A stretch of DNA of 64,000 bases from assembly GCA_963681965.1 (NCBI GenBank), contig OY820579.1:3456001-3520000 (forward strand), in the 5' to 3' direction. The position numbers and the translations under genes are program-made. Source of the DNA: a bacterium (lineage in GTDB: Bacteria > Electryoneota > JAOADG01). Below are positions 20,049 to 31,103 of the stretch, piece after piece (position 1 is the stretch's first letter; the number at the start of each line of letters is the position of its first letter). The notes below the pieces were generated by a model. It was not told the origin of the DNA, made no database searches, and saw only the letters and a list, made by a program, of their open reading frames with translations.

Positions 20049-20174
20049 AGCAACTCCAAATTGATCGATTACGAAATTGGAAAAAAAGACGCACTGGCAG
20101 GTTCACAAGATGCAGTAAACAAAATACAATTGATATTATCCCTTAGAAACAAAATAGACAAAAATATCAAATTT

Positions 20175-20198
20175 AATGAGTGATACTACGCACTCATT
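20175..20198. promoter_or_regulatory. Candidate transcription-factor operator (8-8-8 palindrome)
   Basis: AATGAGTG-ATACTACG-CACTCATT in the AT-rich region ~130-150 bp upstream of the 2026-aa gene start. Confidence 0.35.
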
Positions 20199-20344
20199 CG
20201 ACTATCAATCATAATTTAATGTGGATAATATCGCTTTCGATTAACCTCTATTAAATTAATTATTAAGAATATATAAACATAGTTTATACTCTCAAAATAA
20301 TTTCGATAATCGTGATGTGTTTTTTAGCCTTCCGTGATTGTGCT

Positions 20345-20676
20345 GTCGGAATCTATTCCGACTCACATTTTTTAGTGGGGGGCATCCCCGCATGCCCCAG
20401 TTCTTGAATCTTACTTTTCTCTTCCCAAATCCCAACTCCTATCCCCCACCATCCGACTTTTCCGTAAGGGCGAATGGCAGCGCCTGAAGCCGAGAATCCA
20501 CAATCGAATTTTGGTTCGATAAAAAATGATCAAAAATAAAAGCGCAGACTAAAGCCTGCGGCTGCGAAGTACATAAAACAGATACTGATAAGAAACAGAT
20601 ACAGAAATAAGAAAGCGGACTAAAGTCCGCCGCTACTAAAATGATGCAAGATGAGTCGGAATAAATTCCGACCCAC
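20345..20676. repeat. Intergenic REP cluster B
   Basis: GTCGGAATCTATTCCGACTCAC (20345), pyrimidine-rich ~7-nt-period tract (20418-20455), CGCAGACTAAAGCCTGCGGCTGC (20543), GCGGACTAAAGTCCGCCGCTAC (20615), GTCGGAATAAATTCCGACCCAC (20655). Confidence 0.85.
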
Positions 20677-21185
20677 CGAAAAACGAAAGTAAACTCAAGA
20701 GGATTCGGTATAAATGTCGAGATAAGAAATCCAAACAATTTGCCCAAACCGAGTAAACGAATATGGACAATTTGTGTTGCAATGGGACAGTGAATGTAGT
20801 CTTTAAAAGTCAATAATATAATTGTATCAAGAAAACGAAATCACAAATAACTAACTCAATGGATCTGAATCGGCACGAGAAATTTCCGGACTATTATCAA
20901 GATTGTATTGTATTGTGTACGGTATAATCAGATCGAACTCAAAATCCTCGAATAACTAGTCCAGCGTTTTCCGAAACCAAATCCATTTATCCCACTGATT
21001 CGTGTAAAATAGCGACCTTTCTGATTGAAATTTATGTTATTGTACAATCGTTATAAAGCGTTTCCCTGTTAAATTGTACCCGTTTTCATGGTTCCGGTTT
21101 GCATTTTCCTCCTCTTTCGCTTATTCTAGAATGTTGCAAAGACCGCACACAGGCTTGTGTGTACACAACTTAACCAAGAGACACG

Positions 21186-23264
21186 ATGTCGGGAACACGA
21201 ACCAAATTACGCATACTCTTTTCCGGAGGCGGCACTGGCGGTCACGTTCAGCCAGCCTTAGCGGTCGCGGAAGAAGTGTTGCGCCTGATTCCCGAGACGA
21301 CAATCCGGTATGCAGGAGTATCGTCTCCCGAATCGGAATTGGTTCCCCCCGAATTTCAGATTAAGCTGTTTCCCGCAGTCGGAATGCCTTCGTTGCGTTC
21401 GTTGAAAATGATTCCGTTCGCATGGACCCTGTTAAAAGGGGTGTTGCAGGCAATCATCTATATCCTCAAATTCCGTCCCCATGCCGTCTTCGCCACCGGT
21501 GGTTTCGCGTCGGCACCAGCGGTATTCGCCGCTGCGATCGTGTCAAAATCGCATTTACTATTTCGTCGTATTCCCATATATCTATTCGAACCGAATGCCG
21601 AACCGGGACGGATGAATATGATGGCAGCGAAACTCGCCGACCGGATCGCTGTCGTCACCGATATTGCCTGTCATACGTTGAATTTCCCGAATGTTGCCGT
21701 CGACGGGTATCCCGTCCGTTGGAATTTTCGCGCGGTCGATCGCGAAGAAGCGCGCCGAGCGCTGAATTTGCCGCAAGATGCCCACGTCGTGCTCGCCTTC
21801 GGTGGCAGCATGGGTGCCCGCACGCTGAACAATGCCTTGGTCGAAGCCTGGTCGATGTTGCGACGCGATCCGCAACTCTTCTTGCTGCTCGCAGTCGGGC
21901 GTCGCGATTCGGACGATTACCACGCCGTACGGGAAACCGAGGATTTAGCGCAACAACTGGGTGTCGCAAACGATCCACACTTCATTCGCGTGAAAAGTTT
22001 TGACGACATGTCTGCCGTATACACCGCCGCCGATCTAGTCGTGACGCGCGCTGGTGCCGGAACCATCGCGGAAATTTGCCAACGGGGATTAGCCGCGATT
22101 TTGGTGCCGAAATCCAATCTACCCGGCGATCACCAAGCAGCCAACGCAGTGATGATGAAGTTGAAAAACGCAATGGATGTCGTCTTCGAACGGAGTGTCG
22201 CAGGTGAATATCATCAAGTGACCGAAGCGATCAATCCCGAGGAGCTAGCTGCCTATATCCACTACTACCTAGCTGCGACCGATCGTTGCGAAGAATTGCG
22301 ACGCAATGCGATGGAAGCCGCCACCCCGGAAGCACGCCGGACAATCGCGTTGAATCTGATTCAGATGGCGCAAGGTCACAAGGTGAAGAACGAGAATTTA
22401 CCGCGCTCGGTAACCGAACTAAGCGAAGATGTCCGGATGCTGGGACGATCGGGAACGGCACTCCGCTCACGTCTCGAACGCGAATTAAAATTCTCATGGA
22501 ATGATTTGTTACCGCCACGAGTGCTCGATCTTCCCGAGCGACCGCTCCCTCATCCCGACCGGCGCGACGCACTGCCGTTGATTTCGTATTACCGTTATCG
22601 CGGTAATGTGATGCTTTCGTCGTCGTCATGGGAAACGCGCAATGAAGGCATCAAATTGGCGGCACTCGCCTGCGATTCCGAAGTACGTCCGATTCTGTTT
22701 GATTGGATCACCGACCGCCGACCGGTGATCGGCTTGAAACGACGACTCGGCGGTGATTTTCAGACAGTTGGATTTTTGCGACGCAACGCGGTTGCGGCAC
22801 TTCCGGCGCTGGAATGGTGGGACGACGAGCAATTCAAAGTACTCCGCACTGCGCTGGACGATCCCTACTGGGAGGTGCGCACAGCGGCAGCACGGGCACT
22901 GGTGCGGCTTCCCGAAGAGCAGAGTGAAGTGACTCACAAAGTGTTTTCGCAACTATTGCAAGAGCATTTGGTCGATGAAAAGCACTACGAAGTACGCACG
23001 GCGATCTGGCTCACACTCGGTGTTATCTCACCGACTTTGCCGTCGATCGAATTGATCCGCGGCGAACTTCACCACCCCAACGACCTGGTGCGTACCGGAC
23101 TGATGCAGGCATTGGAACGCATGGAATTGCGCGGGATCTCGACTGATGAGTATGCCGATGAGATTCAGCGCAACTTGCTGTTGACCAGCAGTCAATTTGT
23201 ACCGAACTTTCAGTTGCGGCGAGCTGCCGCCCGATTCCACAAAGCGAGACAGGACGCGAAATGA
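21186..23264 (+). CDS. murG: MurG glycosyltransferase fused to a C-terminal HEAT-repeat region
   Basis: SGGGTGGH, TGGFASAP, EPNAEPGRMN, FGGSMGA, RAGAGTIAE and DHQAANA MurG motifs; extra ~290 aa with LDDPYWEVRTAAARAL-type HEAT repeats. Confidence 0.88.
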   Translation: MSGTRTKLRILFSGGGTGGHVQPALAVAEEVLRLIPETTIRYAGVSSPESELVPPEFQIKLFPAVGMPSLRSLKMIPFAWTLLKGVLQAIIYILKFRPHAVFATGGFASAPAVFAAAIVSKSHLLFRRIPIYLFEPNAEPGRMNMMAAKLADRIAVVTDIACHTLNFPNVAVDGYPVRWNFRAVDREEARRALNLPQDAHVVLAFGGSMGARTLNNALVEAWSMLRRDPQLFLLLAVGRRDSDDYHAVRETEDLAQQLGVANDPHFIRVKSFDDMSAVYTAADLVVTRAGAGTIAEICQRGLAAILVPKSNLPGDHQAANAVMMKLKNAMDVVFERSVAGEYHQVTEAINPEELAAYIHYYLAATDRCEELRRNAMEAATPEARRTIALNLIQMAQGHKVKNENLPRSVTELSEDVRMLGRSGTALRSRLERELKFSWNDLLPPRVLDLPERPLPHPDRRDALPLISYYRYRGNVMLSSSSWETRNEGIKLAALACDSEVRPILFDWITDRRPVIGLKRRLGGDFQTVGFLRRNAVAALPALEWWDDEQFKVLRTALDDPYWEVRTAAARALVRLPEEQSEVTHKVFSQLLQEHLVDEKHYEVRTAIWLTLGVISPTLPSIELIRGELHHPNDLVRTGLMQALERMELRGISTDEYADEIQRNLLLTSSQFVPNFQLRRAAARFHKARQDAK

Positions 23265-24382
23265 TTTATTGGCTGTGCAAAATGGGTGCGCACATCCACG
23301 GCTTGGGGTTTCTCCGGGTCGCGCAATTTGTTTCGTTCCGCTCGATTGCAGCAGCACTGACGGCATTGCTACTAGCTGTCTGGCTCGGTCCCCGATTTAT
23401 CCTCTGGTTGCATAAGCGCGGACTACGCGACGTACCGAAAGGATTTACCGTCGGCGACGCCGAATCGAAAAAAGGGACACCGCAGATGGGTGGACTGATG
23501 ATCGTCGGCATTTTGCTTTGCTCGGTCATGCTCTGGTGCGATCTCAGCAATCGTTTCGTACAGACATTAATTACCGCAACAGTTTTCTTCGTCTCGATGG
23601 GTGCCTACGACGATTATTGCAAGATTAAGATGGGACGGGGTGAAGCGGGTTTATCGCAATTTTCCAAATTGGCGTTGCAAGGCGGCTTCGGACTCGCGCT
23701 CGGTTGGATGATTGGCTATTCGAATTTTTCACCGTACTACGAAATCTTCCGCACCGACATCAATATTCCCTTCATTAAACCGGCGGTATATGGCGGCCTC
23801 GATCTCAATCTCAAGTGGTTCTATATTCCCTTCGTGATGTTGACAACGATGTTCATCTCGAATTCGGTAAATATCGCCGACGGTCTCGACGGACTGGCGA
23901 TCGTACCAGCCATCATTGGCGCAGGGGTGTTTGCATTCTTCGCGTATGTCGTCGGATCACGCGACGAAGCAGCATATCTGTTGTTCCGGCACGTCGTCGG
24001 TACTACCGAAATGACGGTGTTTATTTCGGCATTGATCGGTGCCGGGCTAGGATTCCTCTGGTTCAATTGTTATCCGGCGCAGGTTATGATGGGAGATGCC
24101 GGATCGCTCTCGCTCGGCGGAATTCTCGCGACTTCGGCAATTCTTTTGAAACAGGAAACACTGTTTCTCTTTGCCGGTGCTTTCTTCGTGGTGGAAGGAC
24201 TGTCGTCGTTCATCAGTCAGCGGATCGGTCACGAATTCCTCGGACGACGGCTTATCACTCGTGCCCCGTTGCATCATGCTTATCAACACGCCGGATTATC
24301 CGAACCGAAAGTAGTGGTTCGCGCTTGGATTCTTTCGCTTCTGGTCGGTCTGCTCGCCATCGCAACAGTGAAGTTGCGCTAA
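23261..24382 (+). CDS. mraY: Phospho-N-acetylmuramoyl-pentapeptide transferase
   Basis: KKGTPQMGG, YDDY, NSVNIADGLDGLA, MGDAGSLSLGG and APLHH motifs; ATGA overlap with murG. Confidence 0.95.
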   Translation: MIYWLCKMGAHIHGLGFLRVAQFVSFRSIAAALTALLLAVWLGPRFILWLHKRGLRDVPKGFTVGDAESKKGTPQMGGLMIVGILLCSVMLWCDLSNRFVQTLITATVFFVSMGAYDDYCKIKMGRGEAGLSQFSKLALQGGFGLALGWMIGYSNFSPYYEIFRTDINIPFIKPAVYGGLDLNLKWFYIPFVMLTTMFISNSVNIADGLDGLAIVPAIIGAGVFAFFAYVVGSRDEAAYLLFRHVVGTTEMTVFISALIGAGLGFLWFNCYPAQVMMGDAGSLSLGGILATSAILLKQETLFLFAGAFFVVEGLSSFISQRIGHEFLGRRLITRAPLHHAYQHAGLSEPKVVVRAWILSLLVGLLAIATVKLR

Positions 24383-24406
24383 TTACTTGCTTCAATCGGT
24401 TGTTCG

Positions 24407-25318
24407 TTAATTGATCGTAAGATCCGGTCGATGCTGTTTGATCATGTCAATCAGATTCCACCGATCCGCTGCATAAGATTTCGACTTCCCATTTTCCACC
24501 ACTTTAATCCTGCCGCCATTCACCGTGACGGTTCGGCTCGTCGAATAACTTCGACTCGTCGTCTTCGACTGACCGGGTTCCGTTGTCTTGTCGTCACTGT
24601 CATCTTTCGAAGGCTTGGACGTTTTCTTTACAGTAATTTTATTACTGCCACCGTCGATCGTAACTGTTTTTTCAAAGAGAACACCCTTTTTTTCAGATTC
24701 GTCATCATCGTCATCATCCGCAGATTTGGACGTTTTTGTGATAGTAATTTTTTTTGCGCCACCATCAATGGAAATCGTCTTTTCGGTGTGAAATCCGCTA
24801 CTCTCGTCTGAATTCTCTTCCGAATCCACGGAGTCGTCGGAACTGCCGATCGTAACGGTTTGACTGATCGATTCGATCTGCTCAATTTCCTCTTGTGTCA
24901 GGTGTTCGGGAGCAAGTTGCGGGTTGATAATTATTTTCTTGCCATTACCGATGATCGTGATCCGATTCTTATTAAGATCACTATTGACGCCTTTCGAATT
25001 ACGTTTGACCGTTTCTATTTCCGCCCATTGGATGAATTTGTCGTCACCATTCGTTAGATCCCGGATACCGGTATCATCGACTTCAACCGATGTATTCATC
25101 AAACGATCGAATTGAGCTTGGATTCGATTCAAAATAATCAAATCACTCGTCAGCATTACGATGGCGACCATACCGACGATTTTCCAACTAAGAAAAATCG
25201 ATAATATAATCAGCGTTATTAGGGTGAGAACCGATAGGATAATCATCATCACGCGACGTGCGATGCGGAGACCGGTTAAAACACCATCCACTTTCTGATA
25301 ATAGGAAACGTATTTCAT
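24407..25318 (-). CDS. Hypothetical membrane protein (2 TM, bacterial PH-like domain) with an internal low-complexity repeat insert
   Basis: Two hydrophobic helices, VEVDDTGI...IQWAEIETVK, three T(I/V)(S/T)(I/V)(D/N)GG repeats with acidic linkers. Confidence 0.7.
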   Translation of the reverse strand: MKYVSYYQKVDGVLTGLRIARRVMMIILSVLTLITLIILSIFLSWKIVGMVAIVMLTSDLIILNRIQAQFDRLMNTSVEVDDTGIRDLTNGDDKFIQWAEIETVKRNSKGVNSDLNKNRITIIGNGKKIIINPQLAPEHLTQEEIEQIESISQTVTIGSSDDSVDSEENSDESSGFHTEKTISIDGGAKKITITKTSKSADDDDDDESEKKGVLFEKTVTIDGGSNKITVKKTSKPSKDDSDDKTTEPGQSKTTSRSYSTSRTVTVNGGRIKVVENGKSKSYAADRWNLIDMIKQHRPDLTIN

Positions 25319-26035
25319 CTGATCACCCGATAGTTAATGGTAGTCTGAATCAAGTAGAGGCAGTGCAAGAAGGATGTTGGAAAAATACATTCAAAGATTG
25401 TGAAAATGCTATCAAATTCGTAAAGTATTCAAAATTTCTTTGAATAATGACCTAACTTGCTATTTTTCCATCCCAGTTCCGAGGTTTCGGTTCCCCTGTA
25501 GTCTCAGGCGAAGGCTTCAGCGCTTGCGCTCTTCCTGTGAATAAATAAAAACGAGTGGACATATAAGTCTGTTAAAAATAAAAAAGGGAGTGAGTAGATG
25601 CTTACCCCTACTTCACATGATGAATTACATTTCTTGAACAACCGACTGTATCACAGAAAAAGTGCCTTCCAGAATAGGCTTGAAGCAAGTTCTCGCGGCA
25701 ATATAATTTCCACCGTATCCGTTCGATTCATCACATGAACGTGCTCCGAAGGGCGAATTGTCACGTTACTATAATCACATACCGACAAATACTTCAGTGC
25801 TTGACATTCCCCGATATTGATTTGCCGCGTACACAGTCGGTGGGTGATGATTCAGCGATATATCACAGGAACAGTATTCAGTAGAAATATCAATGAATAA
25901 TTATATTTCATTCATTAATATTACATATTACTTCGCATATCTATTCTTTATTACTCCATACTCCGTATAATAATACACGTGCTATTTTTATAATTAAAGT
26001 AGTAATTCACAATCTTCGTTTGGGGGAAGTAAGTC

Positions 26036-27127
26036 ATGAAAATTTATCGTAATCGTTTTATCGCTTTCATCTTTGTTCTAGTATGTCTATCCATGAGTAT
26101 CAGTTATGCGCAACCTTTTGTTGCAGCAGCTACCAACAGTACACCGTTTGTAATTCCCGCGGGAAGCTTCGGGTTCTCGAATATCAATGTCGTAGCCGGA
26201 CCACCAGTACTGTCGCGGGTTCGGGTACAAGTTCAGATTGTTTTTCCGACCGATGGCGATCTGTTGATTCAATTGGTCCGAACCAGTCCGATTGTGGTAC
26301 TAACCAGTCATCGCGGCAGTAGTGGTGCGGATTATCAGAATACCGTATTCGACGATTTTGCTGCAACTCCGGTTGCTGCCGGTGTCGCTCCATTCGCGGG
26401 AATGTATCAACCGGATCAGACGATGATGACGTTGAATGGATTTAATCCGGTCGGTACTTGGCAATTGATTGTTACCAACAGTGGTGTGCAAACCGGTGTC
26501 TTGAATTCGTGGAGTCTCGAATTCAATGCTCCCTTTGTGCTGCCGGTAGAAATGGTATCATTCACAGCCAATAGTTCAAATAATGCCGTTGCGTTGAGCT
26601 GGCGGACTGAATCTGAAACCGACAATTCGCATTTCAATCTTTATCGCTCGACCAATCCCGCCAATCGGGGCGATTTGACCAAACAGATCAATGGACACGG
26701 CACTTCAGCAATTCCGAATAATTATTCATTCACCGATCGCGACGTGGTAAATGGCACTACTTATTATTACCGGATCGCCGATGTCACTACCGATGGTTCC
26801 GAACATCTGAACTCGTTTGTCGTTACTGCTACACCGACCGACCAAGTATCCAGTGAAGTTCCGGGCAAATACAAATTGAGTCAGAATTTTCCCAATCCAT
26901 TCAATCCGACTACCGAAGTCAGTTACACGATCCCCGAAGCAGGAACGGTTCGATTAACGATCTATGATGTGTTGGGCAAAGAGTTGCGGACTTTGGTGAA
27001 TGGATATCAAGCAGCGAAAACTTATCAAGTCCAATTCGATGCTTCCAATTTGCCATCCGGAACATATTACTACTCGTTGAAGGCGAACAATTTCTCGACT
27101 ACGAAAATGATGTCACTGACCAAGTAG
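26036..27127 (+). CDS. Proprotein-convertase P-domain-like secreted protein with a T9SS type A-like C-terminal domain
   Basis: Signal peptide; DLLIQLV...GTWQLIVTN...GVLNSWSLEF; LPVEMVSFTA; QNFPNPFNPTT...SGTYYYSL...KMMSLTK. Confidence 0.88.
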   Translation: MKIYRNRFIAFIFVLVCLSMSISYAQPFVAAATNSTPFVIPAGSFGFSNINVVAGPPVLSRVRVQVQIVFPTDGDLLIQLVRTSPIVVLTSHRGSSGADYQNTVFDDFAATPVAAGVAPFAGMYQPDQTMMTLNGFNPVGTWQLIVTNSGVQTGVLNSWSLEFNAPFVLPVEMVSFTANSSNNAVALSWRTESETDNSHFNLYRSTNPANRGDLTKQINGHGTSAIPNNYSFTDRDVVNGTTYYYRIADVTTDGSEHLNSFVVTATPTDQVSSEVPGKYKLSQNFPNPFNPTTEVSYTIPEAGTVRLTIYDVLGKELRTLVNGYQAAKTYQVQFDASNLPSGTYYYSLKANNFSTTKMMSLTK

Positions 27128-27169
27128 AGTTATCGGAGTAGTGAAATCTGAAATTCACATCTTCAGATA

Positions 27170-27200
27170 CAAAAGGGCAGGCGCTTAGTCTGCCCTTTTG
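27170..27200 (+). terminator. Rho-independent terminator
   Basis: CAAAAGGGCAG-GCGCTTAGT-CTGCCCTTTTG. Confidence 0.8.
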
Positions 27201-27293
27201 TAATTACAGCATGATCAGATTTGTGAGGATAGAATATCGAAAGTAGTTTTGCAATGATCTATAATATCGCTTGAAAATGAGCTGTTATCGGCA

Positions 27294-27340
27294 GTAGGGG
27301 CGGGTCCCCGCGCCCGCCCGCAGGTCAGGCGAAGCCTGAC
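27294..27340 (+). repeat. REP cluster C
   Basis: GTAGGGGCGGGTCCCCGCGCCCGCCC followed by GCAG-GTCAGGCGAAGCCTGAC. Confidence 0.75.
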
Positions 27341-27431
27341 ACCGAATCATAATAACTTATTTTCAAAAAACCACAATCAAACCATCGTTTCATCGAATTG
27401 GTTCGTATTATGAAGTAAACAGGAGGAACCA

Positions 27432-27818
27432 ATGGGATTTTCAATCGAACACAAAGCAACCGGTACTATCGACGAAGTGGAAGTGAAATTAACTGCGGCA
27501 TTGAAATCGGCGGGATTTGGAATCCTGACTCGCACCGAAGTAGACAAGGTGTTGCTGGAGAAAATCGGCGAGAAAGTGGCACCGTATCGAATTCTCGGTG
27601 CGTGCAATCCGCAGATAGCGCATCAAGCATTGCAAGCGGAACCAGCGATCGGGGTGTTTCTCCCATGCTCGATCTGTCTCCGTCAAGAAGAGCACAATAT
27701 TGTTTCGATTTGGGCGCTCGATCCTGCTGCAGTGGTGAATGCAGTCGATAATGCCGAGCTGATACCTCATGGTGCCAAAGCACAGGAGATGATTGAAAAG
27801 GCAGTGAAGTCGGTGTAG
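27432..27818 (+). CDS. DUF302 family protein
   Basis: GFGIL...YRILGACNP..A..AL..EP.IGVFLPC; RBS AGGAGG. Confidence 0.9.
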   Translation: MGFSIEHKATGTIDEVEVKLTAALKSAGFGILTRTEVDKVLLEKIGEKVAPYRILGACNPQIAHQALQAEPAIGVFLPCSICLRQEEHNIVSIWALDPAAVVNAVDNAELIPHGAKAQEMIEKAVKSV

Positions 27819-27997
27819 ATCAATTTAATTCAATTCTATAACACCGCAATATTTTTAATTACGTTTGTCGATGTTCTATCTGTCAGTACTACCTAATTCC
27901 GATTGGATAATTGTTCAAAGTTCCCGAAATCGGTAGAATAATATAACGGCGAACAATTTCTTGTCCGCCGTTAATTGTAGCTAGATCTGATGTTGAA

Positions 27998-30277
27998 TTA
28001 TTTGTTCGCGTCGACAGCGGCAAAGGCAGCGATGTTGACGATTTCGCTGACGTCGCAACTGCGCTGAAGAACATGAATCGAATCTTCCATTCCCATCAGG
28101 ATCGGTCCGATCGGCTCGGCGTGTCCCAATGCGATCAGCAGCTTGTACGCAATATTACCGCTGGTCATATTCGGGAAGATCAGCGTATTCGCTTCGCCGC
28201 CAACCAGTCGCGAGAACGGATAGGTGCGTTCCAACAATTCCGGATTCATCGCGGTATCGGCTTGCATTTCACCGTCGATCACGATATCGGGACGAGCCGC
28301 GTGAACTATTTCGGTCGCTTTCCGCAACGTCGAAGCATACGGGTGTGCGGAACTGCCAAAGTTCGAGAAACTGAGCATCGCGACGCGTGGTTCCACATCG
28401 AAATGTTTCTTCACTGTGTCAGCTGCCAAAATCGCGATTTCCGCCAGATCTTCCGGTTCATTCGCTTCGATATTCACCGTCGTATCGGCAAGGAACACGG
28501 TACGTTCCTTGAAGACCAACGCATAAAGACCAGATACGTGCTTCACACCGGGCTTCTTGTTGAGCAACTGGAGTGCCGGGCGGAGCGTGTCGGGATAGTG
28601 TTGCGACACACCGGCGACCATCGCATCGGCGCGACCGAGTTTAACTAACACCGATGCAAGATAATTCGGATTGCGCAGCAACAGACGCGCTTCATTGCGG
28701 GTAACACCGCGCCGTTGACGCAGTTTCCACAACTCTTCGACACACTGTTCGTATTCCGCTTCCGGCATCTTGAACAGATCGACGATTTCGGCGCCATCCA
28801 ATTTCAATCGGAGTTGCGCTTTCTTCTCTTCGATGATGTCGATATTGCCGATAAGAATCGGTTTGGCAATTTTCTCTTCGCACAGTTGTTCCGCTGCTTT
28901 GAGAATCTTTTCGTGTTCCCCTTCCGGGAATACGATGCGCTTTTGATGCATCTTGGCGCGATTCACGAACATGCGGGTAATTTCGCGGCTGTGACCTAGC
29001 AATCCTTCCAACTTCTCGCGATAGGCATCGAAATCATCAATCGGTTTACGGGCAGCACCGGATTCGCAGGCGGCTTTCGCGACCGCGACCGCTTCCCACA
29101 ACAATACCCGATGATCGAGCGGCTTGGGAATAAGATATTCGCGACCGAATTCAATCTTGTCGACGCCGTATGCGGCACAAACGTAATCCGGAACGTCTTC
29201 GCGGGCTAGACGTGCCAGCGATTGCGTAGCAGCTTTCTTCATCTCTTCATTGATCTGGGTCGCGTGCGTATCGAGGGCGCCACGGAAGATGAACGGGAAG
29301 CCAAGAACGTTGTTGACTTGGTTCGGATAGTCGCTGCGACCAGTTGCCATGATGCAGTCGCCGCGCGCTTCCATTGCATCGGGATAAGAAATTTCCGGAT
29401 TCGGATTTGCCATCGCAAAGATGATCGGATCCTTCGCCATGCTGCGCGCCATCTCTTTGGTGACGGTGTTGGCAACCGAGCAACCGCAGAAGACGTCGGC
29501 GTCTTTCATTGCATCCGCTAACGTTCGTGCGGAGGTTTTCGCGGTGAAATGCGCCTTGTACTTGTTGTATTTCGGATGTGCGGGGTCAAGATCTTCGCGA
29601 CCTTCCCACAACGCGCCTTTGGTGTCGCAGAGAATAATATTTTCCAGTTTGACACCGAGGGTGACATACATCATCGCGCAGGCAATCCCCGAAGCGCCAG
29701 CGCCATTGAAGACGACTCGAACGTCGCCGATATCCTTGCCGACCAATTCCAATGCATTGACCAAGCCTGCGCCGGAAATGATTGCGGTGCCGTGCTGATC
29801 GTCGTGGAAGACGGGGATATTCATCATCTTCTTGAGGGTCTCTTCGATATAGAAGCATTCCGGTGCTTTGATATCTTCGAGATTGATACCGCCGAAAGTC
29901 GGTTCCAGTAGTTTGACGACTTTGATGATATCTTCGGGATCGTGACTGTCGACTTCGATGTCGAATACGTCGACGTCGGCGAATCGCTTGAACAGCACCC
30001 CTTTACCTTCCATCACCGGTTTACCGCCAAGTGCGCCGATATCGCCGAGACCCAAAACGGCAGTACCGTTGGAGACGACGCCGACGAGATTTCCTTTGGC
30101 GGTATATTCGTATGCGAGTGCCGGATCTTTTTCGATTCGCAGGCACGGTTCCGCGACACCCGGCGAGTATGCGAGCGACAAATCGCGCTGGGTATGGCAG
30201 GGTTTGGTGGGTACGACTTCGATTTTACCTTTGCGACCACGGGAATGGTATTCACACGATTCTTCAAACAGATTCAT
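27998..30277 (-). CDS. maeB: NADP-dependent malic enzyme with C-terminal phosphotransacetylase-like domain
   Basis: [50 protein letters not shown]; PTA-like DGEMQAD. Confidence 0.97.
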   Translation of the reverse strand: MNLFEESCEYHSRGRKGKIEVVPTKPCHTQRDLSLAYSPGVAEPCLRIEKDPALAYEYTAKGNLVGVVSNGTAVLGLGDIGALGGKPVMEGKGVLFKRFADVDVFDIEVDSHDPEDIIKVVKLLEPTFGGINLEDIKAPECFYIEETLKKMMNIPVFHDDQHGTAIISGAGLVNALELVGKDIGDVRVVFNGAGASGIACAMMYVTLGVKLENIILCDTKGALWEGREDLDPAHPKYNKYKAHFTAKTSARTLADAMKDADVFCGCSVANTVTKEMARSMAKDPIIFAMANPNPEISYPDAMEARGDCIMATGRSDYPNQVNNVLGFPFIFRGALDTHATQINEEMKKAATQSLARLAREDVPDYVCAAYGVDKIEFGREYLIPKPLDHRVLLWEAVAVAKAACESGAARKPIDDFDAYREKLEGLLGHSREITRMFVNRAKMHQKRIVFPEGEHEKILKAAEQLCEEKIAKPILIGNIDIIEEKKAQLRLKLDGAEIVDLFKMPEAEYEQCVEELWKLRQRRGVTRNEARLLLRNPNYLASVLVKLGRADAMVAGVSQHYPDTLRPALQLLNKKPGVKHVSGLYALVFKERTVFLADTTVNIEANEPEDLAEIAILAADTVKKHFDVEPRVAMLSFSNFGSSAHPYASTLRKATEIVHAARPDIVIDGEMQADTAMNPELLERTYPFSRLVGGEANTLIFPNMTSGNIAYKLLIALGHAEPIGPILMGMEDSIHVLQRSCDVSEIVNIAAFAAVDANK

Positions 30278-30495
30278 AAGACGATCTCCGAAATATGCTT
30301 GCGGGTGATTCTATTAGACTGTGAAAAGAGTAACAAATAGATGAAAAGATCCATTGGAAAATAACGATCAAGGTAGGTTAACGACTTCTTAGCCAATGTA
30401 CAAAGTAATTTTTAAAGCTCGCTTTTGCAAATCGATGGGATTCGCTGGTAGGAACTGGTTTTAGTGTTAATACTGGGTGCTTAGAGCGGGGTACT

Positions 30496-31100
30496 TGGCA
30501 CGGGCGAGTGGACCTGCCACTACTGAGGATACAGGATTCATGAAAAGAAAGATCGCGGACTCAAGTCCGCCGCTACCAATCTTTTCCCTATCACCAACCC
30601 CCCATCACCCAAAACTCATCTTTTCGGTGGGTCGGAATTTATTCCGACTCTTCTTGTGGTAGGGGCGGTTCGCGAACCGCCCGTGTTTGTTGAAGATCGA
30701 TTTTAATTCGCAATCAGGGAAATTTTTTTTGCGAAAGGTAAAATATTTGAGCATCATCATCAGTTACGGAAGGACGCGAACGAGCGCCCCTACCAAAAAT
30801 GATTAACAGAAAGAAAGAGTGGGTTGCCACATGCGCCGAACGGCGCATTCGCAACGACAAAATTAAAAGATGGGGATTGGGAGTTAGGTGTTGGGAATAG
30901 GGGAAAGATGAAAAAATACAAGAGTGGGCGGGCATGGGAGCCCGCCCCTACTATAGGATACAGGATTAAAAAAAAACGCAGACTAAAGCCTACGGCTACA
31001 GTGGACAAAAAGCGGACTAAAGTCCGCCGCTACCGATCTTTTCCCATCACCTACCACTCATTCTCCACTACCTCTTCTCTAACACCATTCTCTATCATCA
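30496..31100. repeat. Intergenic REP cluster D
   Basis: REPs at 30555, 30627, 30659, 30772, 30926, 30977 and 31012; TTGC...GCAACGAC hairpin at 30821-30859; G-rich 7-mer tract at 30872-30907; C/T-rich tracts at 30581-30610 and 31040-31100. Confidence 0.88.
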
Positions 31101-31103
31101 ATC

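Noticed and set aside
30496-31100. CRISPR array interpretation of the palindrome clusters
   Set aside because: Repeats differ from one another, spacing and orientation are irregular, and there are no cas genes.
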